A stretch of 64,000 nucleotides of DNA from Octopus vulgaris (Eukaryota). The notes below the pieces were generated by a model that was not told the DNA's origin, searched no databases, and saw nothing but the letters and a program-made list of their open reading frames with translations. A program made the translations under genes and the position numbers. The stretch covers positions 6,014,001-6,078,000 of the forward strand of contig OX597829.1 in NCBI GenBank assembly GCA_951406725.2. Reading direction: 5' to 3'. Below, one piece after another: positions 13,628 through 26,107 of this stretch; within the stretch, counting starts at the first letter, position 1; every line of letters begins with the position of its first letter.

Positions 13628-14606
13628 ATTATTGCATACTGTGCTCAGGTGCACCACAACTTGTCAGAAAGTGCATATAAAGTACATGCAGTAATGTAGA
13701 AATGTCTGGAAAGCGAACAATGTATGAGTCAGATACATGCTTGTGTGTGTGTATGGAGGGGAGAAAATCAAGTGTAGTGTTGGCGAATCTCAGGAAGCAT
13801 GGAAGTTTTGAAGGATGCAGTGCTCCGACAACAAACAACTGATGCCGGCAGTTTGTTCCATGCTTCAACAACTCTCAGCGTGAAAAAATGTTTCCTGAAG
13901 TCATAGGAACTGTGCTGTTTTCTTACTTTGTAAATATGTCCACGGGTGTTAGATGGGTGGAGTTTGAAAAGGTGCTCAGAGTTATTGTTTGTATGATGGT
14001 TGATAATTTTATGGGTGTCTGCCAAGTCAGCTGCCAGACGTCGGAGTTTCAATGTGTCCAGGGAAGTAAGGCGTTCAGGATATGGCAAATGCCTGATGGA
14101 GGGTATTCTTTTGGTTGCACGTCGCTGAACATCTTCCAAAGGCGATTGATATCCTGGGCAAGATAGGGGTTCCAGACCGGTGATGCAAATTCCAGGTGAG
14201 GTCTTACCATAGCTATATAAAGCCGCAGATAGATAGCCGGAGAGCGGCTCACAAAGGATTTGGTGAGTGATGCCAAGACACCCTCAGCCTTCTTGACAAT
14301 TTTAGCGATGTGTTTTGTCCAACGCAAATCACTGTCGACAATAACACCCAGGTCACGTTCACATGAAGACTTTTTGAGACTAGTGTTGTGGAGGGAGTAG
14401 GTGGACGCTGGGTTTCTCCTTCCAAAATGCATGGTGGTACATTTGTCCACAGCCAGCTTGAGTTGCCAGTCCATGATCCACTGCTGCATTGTGTCCAGGT
14501 CTGCTTGCAATAGAGATCCATAGTGTACAGGATTTGACCTCTTTATTTCGAGGTACAGCTTGATGTCATCTGCATATTTCAGCACTGTGGCATTCTTTGC
14601 GGACCC
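13628..14606 (-). mobile_element. CR1-clade LINE, 5'-truncated, inserted into the RTE
   Basis: KYADDIKLY, ERDLGVIVDSDL, VRPHLEFASPVWNP, EDVQRRATK, FFTLRVVEAWNKLP; one frameshift; ATGAA duplicated at 13623-27 and 14607-11. Confidence 0.92.
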
Positions 14607-14872
14607 ATGAACATTCTGCCTATATATCAGTGCAAACCTTTCAATGCCGTGTATGCCATAAGGTCTGCAATTCTAAAAGAGGGCCTCAAAAGACATTTTA
14701 AGATTCACAAAGGTCAGAACTTAACTGCAGCCCTTGGTGGTTCAAATCTATGTGGATGTCTTTTCAATACATTGTCTGGTTTAAAAAGCCACATCAAACG
14801 CCACGATGCATCTAAGGTGTAAGTACAAGGGGTGGTCAGACTGTGCATAAGGTGTTGACAACCACGATCAAT
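14607..14872 (+). mobile_element. RTE-clade LINE 3' fragment, part 2 (C2H2 fingers, 3' UTR)
   Basis: FQCRVCHKVC...KRHFKIH and LCGCLFNTLSGLKSHIKRH; followed by an (AAT)n tail. Confidence 0.75.
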
Positions 14873-14894
14873 ATTAATAATAATAATAATAATA

Positions 14895-14941
<47 letters not shown>

Positions 14942-14981
14942 TATGATGATGATAATAATAATATTGATGATAATAATAATG

Positions 14982-15057
<76 letters not shown>

Positions 15058-15090
15058 TGATGATGATAATAATAATAATTAATAATAATG

Positions 15091-15175
<85 letters not shown>

Positions 15176-15208
15176 CAATGATAATAATAATGATGATAAT
15201 AATAATAA
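14873..15208. repeat. (AAT)n/(GAT)n compound microsatellite
   Basis: Direct observation. Confidence 0.97.
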
Positions 15209-15404
15209 GGATTATTACGAAGTAGTATAGCATTACTTTTAATTCCTTCAAATAGAACTACACAAGTTTCTACTGCATCAGTCTGTTTTTATTCCAAAGG
15301 CTTCTTTCAGTTTCCTTCTACTAAACCCTTTTCCATGGCTTTGGTGATAGATAGGTAGATAGATAGATAAATAGGTAAATAGTTAGATAGATAGACAGAC
15401 AGAC

Positions 15405-15475
<71 letters not shown>

Positions 15476-15555
15476 AAGATTGACAGACAGATAAATAGTT
15501 AGATAGAAAGATATAGATAGATAGATAGATAGGCAGAGAAACAGACAGACAGATA

Positions 15556-16546
15556 AGTTTCTTTATTGGCCACACAGGGCTGCACACAGATGGGACAAGT
15601 TACAAGGTAGAGCTTTTCTTTTGGGGAATGAAGAGAACAAAAAACAAAAGAAAAAAAAGGGGTGGCGTAGGTTTTCGATCAAGAGGGATCGTAAAAAGGA
15701 AGAAAAGAACAAAAAAAAAATTTGAATAAAATAAAAGGAATAAAAAGAAAAAAAAGAAAAGGAAAAGGAACAAAAGGAAAGAGAAATGAAAAAAGAAGAA
15801 AAAAGGGGAAAAAGGGGGAAGAGGAAAAAAACGATCAATAGGGATCTGTGTATCACAGTGTTATGATATATGGTGTAAAGGGGAAAGCAAGTAAGGTTTA
15901 TCCGTGGGAAGAAAAGCCTACGAAAAAGACCACGGTAACCTTGGTCAATATTGTTATATGTTACCACATTTGTTTGCAAGTGGGTAACCCTCTGTTTTCA
16001 ATTTCTGGGTTCATAGGATTATGCTCAAGGTGGCTTCGTCATTCATACGTGCCATCCTTGCTACATTCACCCATCTTTTTTTAAAACATTCGCTAGACAA
16101 AACTTGCCTCTCTACTCTCACTTTCCTTTTCAAGTGGTACTTGAAGAAGTTGATGAGAGATTGACCAGAGAGGAAAGTGTTTGTCTCCAATCCTTTCAGA
16201 CGCGTCCACCAGATACATTCTTTCGCCATAGCCACAAGGATGATGAAAATAGCTCTTCCTTCCCGTTTGAAGGAAGGAGGCGTGACAATATTGACGATAG
16301 ACTCAGCTGATAAACCGACTCGTCCCACACGTGACAGCAGTTGTTCGACATAAGCCCACAGGTCGGAAATTGTTGGACACTGCACGAGTGCGTGCAGAAC
16401 GGTTTCGTTGCTCTGACCGCATCTCGGGCAGGTCGGCCCCGTGTTTCTCGAGCCGTGTCTGTAGAGCTTATCCCGATCGGGTAGCGCTTCTCGGTAGCAC
16501 TGCCAGGCCAGGGATCTCTGGAAGTTGTCCATGGGCCCTGTATGCC
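15556..16546 (-). mobile_element. Tx1/L1-clade LINE 3' fragment (zf-RVT domain + 3' UTR)
   Basis: ORF 16011-16559 has AWQCYREALP...CPRCGQSNETVLHALVQC (CCHC knuckle); T-rich 3' UTR; AATAAA near the end; flanked by GATA/GACA repeats. Confidence 0.85.
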
Positions 16547-17269
16547 CAGATAGATACACACACTTATATAATCATATACATATCTATACATACAACAGAA
16601 AGAGACGTAAGATAATGCTGAAGTTAGAGAGAACTAGAGCTGATCTCCAAGTAATTAAAATATCGTAAAATAGATAATCGAAGACTCGTATTTTGTCCCG
16701 AAACACATTGCACTTCGATTGGTCTTATCCACTTGGCTTGCAAATGGAACATATAGTCAGAGTAAGCAACAGTAGCACAGCAATATCGACGACGAATGTG
16801 TAGTTGGTTTTTCACTTATGAATATTATTCTATTTTGTTAAAAGTTACTTGCAAATTTGACTGGCCTCCCGCTTTGACGTCTAATTGCTATGGAACTATG
16901 GATGACGCTTTTCCTTATAATTGTACAACCATTTATTACAACGTGTCTCATGTAATGTTTATATGAGAGTTCTCTTCATTTCATAAGCATCCTACCAAAA
17001 GGTTTTTTTAATGATTAATTAAAATGATTAATGACTATAAAAGAAACAACAATCATTCATTTCATATTTTCAAAGAAATCTTGAGTCCAAGTCAAATCGG
17101 GATCAATCATTGGGCGCAGTTCAATGACTGGAACAAGTAAAAGATAAGGATAAATATTCATCGCTTCTAGCCAGAGAGTTTAAGTGTCCCTTTAGAAATA
17201 ACAGCCAAATCTCCTTCAAATCGCAATCTAAATCGTAAAAAAGGAAAGAATGTAGCTATTGAATTCTAG

Positions 17270-17451
17270 TTATTCTTTCATTCTTTTACTTGTTTCAGTC
17301 ATTTGACTGCGGCCATGATGGAGCACCACCTTGAAAGATTTTAGTTGAAGAAGCGGTAAGTTACGGGGACCTAAACAGACCAAAATCGATTGTCAAGCGA
17401 CTGTGGCGGGGACAGAAACAAACACAGACACACACACACATACACACACAT
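17270..17451 (-). mobile_element. SINE-A 3' half (split by a Penelope insertion)
   Basis: Reverse complement of the SINE-A tail up to its internal microsatellite. Confidence 0.85.
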
Positions 17452-19493
17452 ATGCCAACTCTTTTTCCTTCCCTCCTGGCCCCTCTAAACTTCACTCTTG
17501 ACATCAAGAGCCTATACACGGTGATCCCACGCCTTGAGGGGTTTCTTACTGTCAAACACTACCTAGACCATCGACCTAACCCCCAACCTGAGACATCCAC
17601 GCTTCTTCGTCTGGCCGAACCTGTTCTCTCCCTTAACTGCTTCTCGTTCTTCGCGGGTGATTTTTACCAATATGTCTCGTGAGTGGCCATGGGAACGAGA
17701 ATGGGCCTCAACTATGCGAACCTGTTAGTTGGCTACGTTGAGGCCCAAATATTCTCAAGTTTCACTGGTCCCCCTCCCGAACTATACGGTCGTTATATCG
17801 ATAATTGTATTGGTGTGACTTTGCTCCCCCGCGAACAACTAGACGCCTTCCTCTCTTTTGTCCAATCTTTCCAACCTGCCCTCGAATCCTCTTGCACTAT
17901 TTCCAACACTTCCGTCGCCTTTCTCGACATTTCGGTCAGCATTCATCACTCTCCTCTCACCACCTCCATCCACTGCTAACACACAGACTCACACTCATAC
18001 CCCTACTTCTCCTCCTCCCACCCGAAACACACCAATCTCGCCATCCCTACTCCCAATTCCTCCGTCTGTGCAGGCTCTGCAGTGACAACCATGACTTTGA
18101 GACTCTGTCTCAACTCATGGCTTGCTACTCCATCCTACGTGGATATCCTCTCACCCTATCCACAACGCCCTTGCCTCTCTCCTTGCACCTGCCCCACCGT
18201 TACCCGTTTCCCTTTCCCCCTCACTTACCATTCCTCGACACTGCCTCTCCAACACACCATTCTCCAAGCCTTCCGGTGACTCTAGTCCGACCCCTCCACT
18301 TAGCACTTCTTCCCTAACCTGCCCTCCCCTCCTTCAAACGATCTCGCAACCTACGTGACCTCCTGGTCCACAGTTTCTTCCCTAACCCAAGCTCTCAACT
18401 CGATTCGTCTCCCTGCTCTAGCCCACGCTGCCGCACATGCTCCTACCTCTCCCACACCACCATCCTCACAGACACCCATCATCGTCCCTATCATATCACT
18501 GACTCCTTCACCTACACTTCTAGCAACGTCATTTTCTGCATCTCCTGCTCTCTCTGTCCTTTTCTGTACATTGGTCAAACGGGACGCCGCTTGGCTGACG
18601 ACACTCCGGTCTTGCTCTACCCGTCATTCTTTACAACACCTGTCTGTGTTCGGATTGTCCTTGCACAGGGACATCCGGACTCCCGTCTTCGCCGTAAACA
18701 AGCATTAGTTTTCTCTCTTCGCTCCTTTGAGACACATGTGCTCAACACTCCTCCCCTCTTCATCTAACTCCCCTCCCCTCTCTTCATTTCTTCTCACACC
18801 TACTTCCTTTCTTCACTCCCACCCGCCTCTCTTCTCTCTTGCTCTGACACCTACTTCCTCTCTTCATTCCTACTCACCTTCTCCCTTCCACCCTCTCCAC
18901 TCATCGTTACCCCTCCATCCACACCCCGCTCCTACACATCCCAACCCCACTCTTACACATCCCAACCCCACCATCCCTATACATCCCAATCCCCCCACAC
19001 ATTCCACCCCACATACCCACCCCTACCCCCACACCTCACCCTCGCATCAATCACACTCTACCACACATTACCACACCACACCACTCCACATCGCAGCACC
19101 TTGCAGACACCAGTATTGACCACTTCCCAGCAACCACATCATCATCTACACGTCAAGGTCACCAGCCCAAATCCACAAGCACACACACGCTCTCACGTAC
19201 TCACTCACGCACACCTTCGTTTTGGGACCAACACTATTTTACTATCTCCCCTTCTTCCTAGCTCTCCTGTCTGACCACCTCTGTCTGGCCATCGCCATGA
19301 TCGACCGCTAGCCACTAAAGTTTTTCTTTTAATTCTCTCTCTGTTTATTTCACCGTGTTCCTTTCTGTTGAAGAGCGTAGGCTCGAAACGTAAAAGACTT
19401 TCTCACCTTCCCGAGCGTTAAACTAATGCACCTGTTTGTTGTTTATACACCTATCTTCATCTTTTGTTTTTCTGTAAATTCCAACTATATATA

Positions 19494-19495
<2 letters not shown>
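17452..19495 (+). mobile_element. Penelope-like retroelement, 5'-truncated and decayed (RT + GIY-YIG + pLTR)
   Basis: LDIKSLYTVIP, AMGTRMGLNYANL, GRYIDN, FLDISV, PYSQFLRL, SSNVIFCISCSLCPFLYIGQTGRRLAD; terminal repeat abuts (TA)n. Confidence 0.92.
19361..19396 (+). ncRNA. Minimal hammerhead-like motif in the Penelope pLTR (atypical U6)
   Basis: CTTT-CTGTTGA-A-GAGC gtag GCTC-GAAAC-GTA-AAAG; stem II conserved in three copies while the tetraloop varies. Confidence 0.6.
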
Positions 19496-19558
<63 letters not shown>

Positions 19559-19561
<3 letters not shown>

Positions 19562-19719
19562 GACAGGCTTCTTTCAGTTTCCATCGAAATCCACTCATAA
19601 GGCTTTGGTTAGCCCGAGGCTAGAGTAGAAGACTCTTGCTCCAGGTGCCACGCAGTAAAAATGAACCTAGAACCATGTGGATGGGAAGCAATTTTCTTAC
19701 CAAACAGACACGCCTACGC
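19559..19719 (-). mobile_element. SINE-A 5' half
   Basis: Continues the SINE interrupted at 17451. Confidence 0.85.
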
Positions 19720-20970
19720 TTAAGATGTAGCAGAACGCTAATAATTTAAAGTTTGCTCACTGATAGCTCAGCTAGGGCTAAACATCAACATCAACGACGA
19801 AATTTTGATCACCATTAAGAACGATTTAATCGTATTTGCTCTTTTTAGCGATATACACAACAGAAACTAAGTAGACGAGTCTTCACCATGAATTGTGTAT
19901 TTCTTTGATGCTTCAGTGTTTACTACTGCCTTTCCTAATAACTTAGCTATTTTTGTCATCACATTTCTTAAACTACATATGATGCTCTCACAACTATACT
20001 CACCTCTTGTATTGTTGTCGTGCTCTTACTCACTCACTGTTGCTCAGTATTCAGCCTCACAATGTTGTCTATGAGCTTTTCCTTGAAGTGTTTTTTTTTT
20101 TGTCGTTTTAGGCTATATTCGTTTTATTTAATTGCTTAACGATTCAAATGTTTATCTTATTGTTAAGCAGGAAATTGTTGTGATAGTAGGAATTCAATAA
20201 CTCAAGCCTATTCTATTCTCAACATTCCTCAAAGTCTAACAACAGAATAACGAGACGAACAATAAAAGGAAAAACTAAAAATTGAAGTGGAGGGTTCTTT
20301 TTTCTTTTCAAAACACAACATGCATAACTTCTTCAATGAATATGGCTGATACTCAGCAGTTTCTTTCTCGATTTTCTCTCTCAATTAGTCTGTGCCGAGT
20401 TAATCTTCCTCACAGTAATATAAGCGGTCAGTACCGTCATGCTTATCCTCAAAAGTTATCTCGTTCACAAATTCCATTCTCTTCATCGCATTCTAAACTC
20501 TCTCATACATTAAATGTTTAAACTTCTCGAACATGAAACATTCACTTTCAAATAACTATAGCTTTCTATCACAATCATTTCCCACTCCTCACTCCTACTC
20601 AGTATTCATGTACCAAACATCAATTCATCAGAATGCTGAACAACAAAGAAGCAACAACAAACAAATGAATATACAACGAAAGGCAATATAAAACCATAGT
20701 TTTCCACATATTCAGTATTCGTCCACAATGAAAAAAAACATCGTTCGTGCATTGTGTTGACGCTCCCTTAACACTGTAGTAGACGGCTGGCTGGATCTTT
20801 TCATTTTATTTTAACAAACTGTTGCCGTGTCTACAACACACACAGCACACACGTGTTTTCTACACTTTACAACCCACGACACTTAAATATGAAGAAAAAA
20901 CCCCCCAAAAAAACCGAAAAAACAAAAAAAAATTTAATGAAAATGTATTTTTCTGCTCTTTCACATCCAG

Positions 20971-21054
20971 GTTCTACAACGGACACCTTCACTTCATCCT
21001 ATAATTTGAAGGAGGGTACAAGAGTACACCAAGATGAAACAAATTTACATTCAG
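20971..21054 (+). other. Candidate 84-nt host exon (unverified)
   Basis: Acceptor TTTTTCTGCTCTTTCACATCCAG, donor CAG|GTGTAT, open in phase 1; lies in non-repetitive DNA. Confidence 0.25.
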
Positions 21055-21174
21055 GTGTATCAGCACATATATATAAAACAACAAAATGTATATATGTATA
21101 CCGTTATATACGGATACACAATAACGGATGCAAGAATCCTTACAAATATTACTGATAAATGCGATTGATATATA

Positions 21175-22048
21175 CAGGTTGAGGTGAGTAAATTGTCACC
21201 ATTTTATATATTTAATATCGAGTATGCATATGGTTTGTTTTGGGTTTTGTGGACTACACAGTATAGTAGAGTCAGTTGGGCACTGTCTGTCTGAAAAACA
21301 GCACCATGATGCAAATCACACTGCCAGAAGTTTAGAAACGACATGCTATACTGCTTGGCATTCGCGCTGGAAGCTTCAATACGAACATTTCAGAGTGTTT
21401 GGGTGTCAGTCTGAGGACAGTGCAATCTGAGGGCATTTACTGAGAGTGATAAAAATCAAACAACCAGTCAACATCATGGTGTTTGCACTGATCACTAGTA
21501 ATGGCAACGTTATGCCGCCATTCATCTTCCTACACGGCTTCAGACTCAACACAGAGGCCTTCATCAAGTGCTTAGAGGAAGTAGTGTTGCCCTAGGTCAA
21601 GAGGTGGCTGCTGGAAGACTCTATATCTGGTAACAGGACTCTTCACCCTGCCACATAAGCAGAACCCAGTCATGGCCGTCAGACAATTTTCTGCAACCAC
21701 TTCACCCCTAACGTCTGACCACCTAATTCCTCAGACGGCAACCCTTTGATTATTACGTGTAGGGTGCAGTTGAGCGAGAGACCAACAAAACTCCTTGTAA
21801 CACCAAAGAGGAACTGAAGGCAAGGGTTATGGCAGCATTCACCAACAAGGAGACCGCCTAGAAGAGTTGCATGAGATTCCGAAGTGTTCTGGAGGGCGTG
21901 GTTAAAGCCAATGACGATTTTATTGAATAAGCTTACTCTTTAGTATTTCAGAATATTTTTTATGTAGCTTTGGTAAATATATCTGTCAAAAGGAGATGTT
22001 ATTTTCGTTCTTGCGTAATTTAGACGACAGTTTATTCGTCGCACCCTG
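21175..22048 (+). mobile_element. Tc1/mariner relic (maT/DD37D-like), internally deleted
   Basis: TA-flanked imperfect TIRs CAGGTTGAGGTGAGTAAATTGTC / GACAGTTTATTCGTCGCACCCTG; fragments NIMVFALITSNGNVMPPFIF, QDSSPCH, PPNSSDGNP.DYYV. Confidence 0.85.
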
Positions 22049-22389
22049 TATGTGTATGTCTGTGTTGTGTGTTTGTGTATATGCGTATGTGTATATATCT
22101 GTGTGCATGTGTGCGTGTGTGCGTATGTGTGTTTGTGTATGTGTGTGTGTTCGAATGTAACCATGAAGGTATGCATATTTGTATTTGTATATGTTCACGT
22201 GTTAGTATGCATATATATATGTATGTCTATATGCATGTTTGCATATCTGTATCATTGCCGATGAATATTGACTGCTCCTACGTCGGCATAAGATGGTATA
22301 CTTTTGTTCACTGATTTGAGTCATTTTACTAGAGTCATGCTGGGATGCTTAGTCTTTTATATTGACACATTAATATATATTTCGTTCTG

Positions 22390-22760
22390 GAAGGCGGCGA
22401 ACTGGCAAAATCATTAGAACGATTGTTATAATGGTTCACGGCATTTCGTCCGTCTTTACGTTTTGAGTTCAAATTCCGCCGAGGTTGACTTTGGTTTTCA
22501 TCCTTTCGGGGTCCATAAAATAAGTACCAGCTGATCACTGGAATTGGTGTATTAAACTTACCCCTCCCTGAGTATGCTAGGCAAATGCTTAGCAGCATTT
22601 CGTCCGTCCTTACTTTCTGAGATCAAATTCCGCCGAGGTTGACTTTGCCTATCGTCCTTTCCAAGTCAATAAAATACGTAACTGTTGAGCATTGGGGTCG
22701 ATGTAATCGACTGAGCCCCTTCCCCCAAACCGTTAGCCTATTGCCAAAATTTGAAGTCAA
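22390..22760 (+). mobile_element. SINE family B, two degenerate tandem copies
   Basis: Similarity to 6193-6660. Confidence 0.8.
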
Positions 22761-22869
22761 TACATTGATATATTTCGTTCTGATACAATCTATAAATCTG
22801 TCTATGTTAAACTTGTAAGGGAAACTACGGAGAAGGGAAATGCACGGAAGAAACTTCAAGAAACTTCGT

Positions 22870-23062
22870 CGAATAATGTGTACCTGTATGACCAGGCTGT
22901 ATGGTACAGCCTGGTCATACAGTGCATCAAGCCGATTCTGCTAAAGGATTACGTTAAATCTACATGATTACTGTGGAATGCTCAGTCGCAGGCTTAATCA
23001 ACTAGAAAGTATCTTACTTAATCGAAGAATTAAATCATCATTGCCGTAACCAACGGAGGTCT
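22870..23062 (+). mobile_element. SINE family C 3' part containing a perfect 18-bp hairpin
   Basis: TACGTTAA..CTGTGGAATGCTCAG..CGTAACC..CGGAG matches 58865-59048. Confidence 0.6.
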
Positions 23063-23439
23063 ACTTTATTTTCTTTTACTGTACGCATCAGCGGATCACT
23101 GATCATTTATTGCTAGTACATGTAAATTTTAAACCCACTGTCATAAAATTTGATTGGTATGAGCGCAGGTGCTGGCACAAGGGAGTATTCTAGTAGTTTA
23201 CTAAATACTTCTTCCCAAGCCTCGGATCGAACCATGTCTTCTAAGTGTATTGAGTATACGTAAACAGTGTGGAACCTGCCGTATATATATGATGGATAGA
23301 CTCTCCCGTCGAAAACGATGTGAGTTGAGCTTCTGCCGAACGACCTGCCCAGATAATTGGTTAACAGTGACCAAATGTATGTACTGAAAATTAGCTCTCA
23401 CCTTTCCTCCTACAAATTGATGTTGCTTGAACAGGTGTA

Positions 23440-23892
23440 AGGAGTGTCACGCGTCGGGTGTCGAAGTGATTGCAAAGCAACGTGGTATGAAGGGCTTTGC
23501 TCAAGAACACAACTCACCACTCGGTCTAGGAAATGAAGCCATGATCTCGCGACCCTGAGTGCAACACGCTAACCACTAGGCCATGCGTCTTCCCTATAGC
23601 TCAGTGAAGACTCATGGCTCAGTGAAGGCGTAGGGATCAGTGAAAGTGCATGGCTCTAACAGTGGTTAGAGCGTCGAGCTCAAAATCATGAAGTAACGAG
23701 TTCCCAGACACTTTATTTCACGTTGCTGATATATGAGCTGCGACGTGATTGGTACCAAACTGTATTAACCCTTTGCCTTTCCCTTGGATAACATCAGTGG
23801 TATGGAGAGGGGGGGCCGGTGTGCATGGGCGACTGCTGGTCCTTCATAAACAACTTTGTGCCTTGGAGGGGAAGTGCAATCCTATGGCCATC
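23440..23892. mobile_element. Head-to-head tRNA-derived SINEs (family C-related)
   Basis: Minus head TGGCCTAGTGGTTAG at ~23570-23590; plus head AGTGGTTAGAGCG...AGACACTTTATTTCACGTTGCT. Confidence 0.6.
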
Positions 23893-24289
23893 AAGGATTG
23901 CGAGAATGGGATCCATACACACCTACACATATACACACACAAACATACAGACATACTTACATACACATATACATACACGTATGCCTGCGTATTTGGGATT
24001 TGTGTTACCGATGGACAACCGGTATTGATTTGGTTATGTCCTTATAACCTAGCAGTTTGGCAAAAGCAGTATGATGGAATAATTCAAGTTTGAATGTACT
24101 GTGGTCGATTTGGGCGACTAAATACTTCAAGATAATGCTCCAGCTTAGTTGCAGTCCAGTGACTGAAGCAAATGAAAGCAGAAAGGGGAAGTAAAAGAAA
24201 CAATTCCTCTAGGCTAAATTCAGAACGTCTATATTTTAACACTCACGCATATAAATGGAAATTTTATATTGAAATTTAAAGCCCAATAG

Positions 24290-25200
24290 TAAAATATTTA
24301 TGTATTAGGTGGAGTGTAGCCAGGATTTAGAAGTTGCAGATGAGTGTGGCTTTCAGTGGGAAGATGGACTGTTAGACGCAGAAATTAGTCTTTAAACGTA
24401 TACATAGAAAGTATAGCAGTGGCGCGGTCGATGGCCTGGGCATCACGGATACTTTGAATTCAGGAAGAAAAGTGGTATTCTATTACACTGCGATACAAAA
24501 TCTTAATGACTGTTGCAGAGTCGATTAAGCTAGAGGAATGGAGAAAATAATTTTGTAAATTTGATGTGCTTGGGGAGAGGAAGAGAATATTGGAAATAGG
24601 AGTGGGTGTTAGTAAGCTTGTATTTGACAGAGGTGGACAGGTGGATATTGCTCATAGTAATTGGCATATTGATTAGGTTGTCGGAAATGATTCAGGGGAA
24701 TTGCAACGCGAGGAAAAGACTTAATGAACGACAGTAACCTATCATGTCGTCTGTTGAGTGTGCTAGCACCAATTCGATTATCAATGTAATAACGTCGAGC
24801 TTTGAGGTTGATCCTGCGAATTTGTTAAATATATGTTGCCGGTGTGACCAACTGAAGTAGTTTGCGTAACTGGGGTCCATTTTAGTACCCATGGCCTTCA
24901 CGTTGATTTGATTGCAAAATTCTCCGGAGGTGAGACCATTAATCATTGGGGTGAGTTCAACTAAGTGAAGAAGTGTGGCTAAGTGGGCACAGGTGGAAAT
25001 AATTTAGTACTGTCTATCCGCGAAAAGTAAAACGAGTTGGAGAGAGAAAAGGGTATGACTTCTAGCCTTAATGTCTGCTGGAAAGGCTGTAACAAAGGGT
25101 GGTATAATTTATCTGGCTTCAGTTGGGCATTTAAATAGGGATAAGTGGGCTGGAATTGTTTATTAATTTTCGGAACTAACTAGATGAACCAAGTTCGGAA
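24290..25200 (-). mobile_element. Old Penelope-like RT fragment
   Basis: KAMGTKMDPSYANYF in ORF 24692-24946; boundaries approximate. Confidence 0.65.
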
Positions 25201-25269
25201 AGTAGTTATAATGAGTTTAGAGTTTAGGGGAAAGTAAGCCGGAAGAAATGTCTGCATGTGTGTGTTTGC

Positions 25270-25481
25270 ATGCCTGTTTCTGTGTCTGTGTTTATCCCCC
25301 ACCACCGTTTGACAACCGGTATTGGTGTGTACGTCCCAGTAACTTATCACTTCGGCAAACGAAACCGATAGAATAAGGTCTATGTTTAAGAAATAATTTC
25401 TGCGATCAATTTGTTCAATTAATACTCTTCGAGGCGGTACTCCAGTATGGCCGCCGTCAAATGATTGAAACAAGTAAAAGT
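25270..25481 (+). mobile_element. SINE-A 3' half (left arm of an inverted pair)
   Basis: SINE-A tail carrying variants shared with 26108. Confidence 0.85.
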
Positions 25482-26107
25482 CATCAGTTTCTTCCCATCT
25501 CGTCATCGACGCGAACATCACTTCCACTATTTCTCTTTTCTTCTCTCTCTCTCTCTTTCTTTCTCTCTTTTTCTCTCTCTCTCTCATACCTAGTCCCTCT
25601 CTCTCTCGCACCTAGTCCCTCTCTATTTCTCCTGAACGTTGTCCCTCTCTCTTTCGCACACAGTTATCCACCCTCCGCTCTCTCTCCTGTAATTCCTGTT
25701 ACCCATAGAACGACTCTGGTCGGAATTCACGCAGCAATTCTACTTAAGTCACGCAGATGGCATTGTACTAAATGACGTTGCGAACACTTACTGAATTGCT
25801 GTTAGTCATTTACTTAGAGAAAGCAAAAATGTGCTTAGATTAGAAATTTGGAATCTTGTTGAGGACACATGACGACAATGGACATGCTTTGATCTCCATT
25901 AGACAGCATCTCCCGACATACACATACACACGCGGACGCAAACATTCCCGTGCACACACAAGCACGCTCCCACGCAGGCACTGCACGCACAAGCACTGCA
26001 CACACACACACACGTAAATATGGTTGTATTTAAATATGCATGTTTAAATGCATATGTATGATGTGTTTGGGTGTATGAGTGTATATATATATATATATAC
26101 ATTCTCC

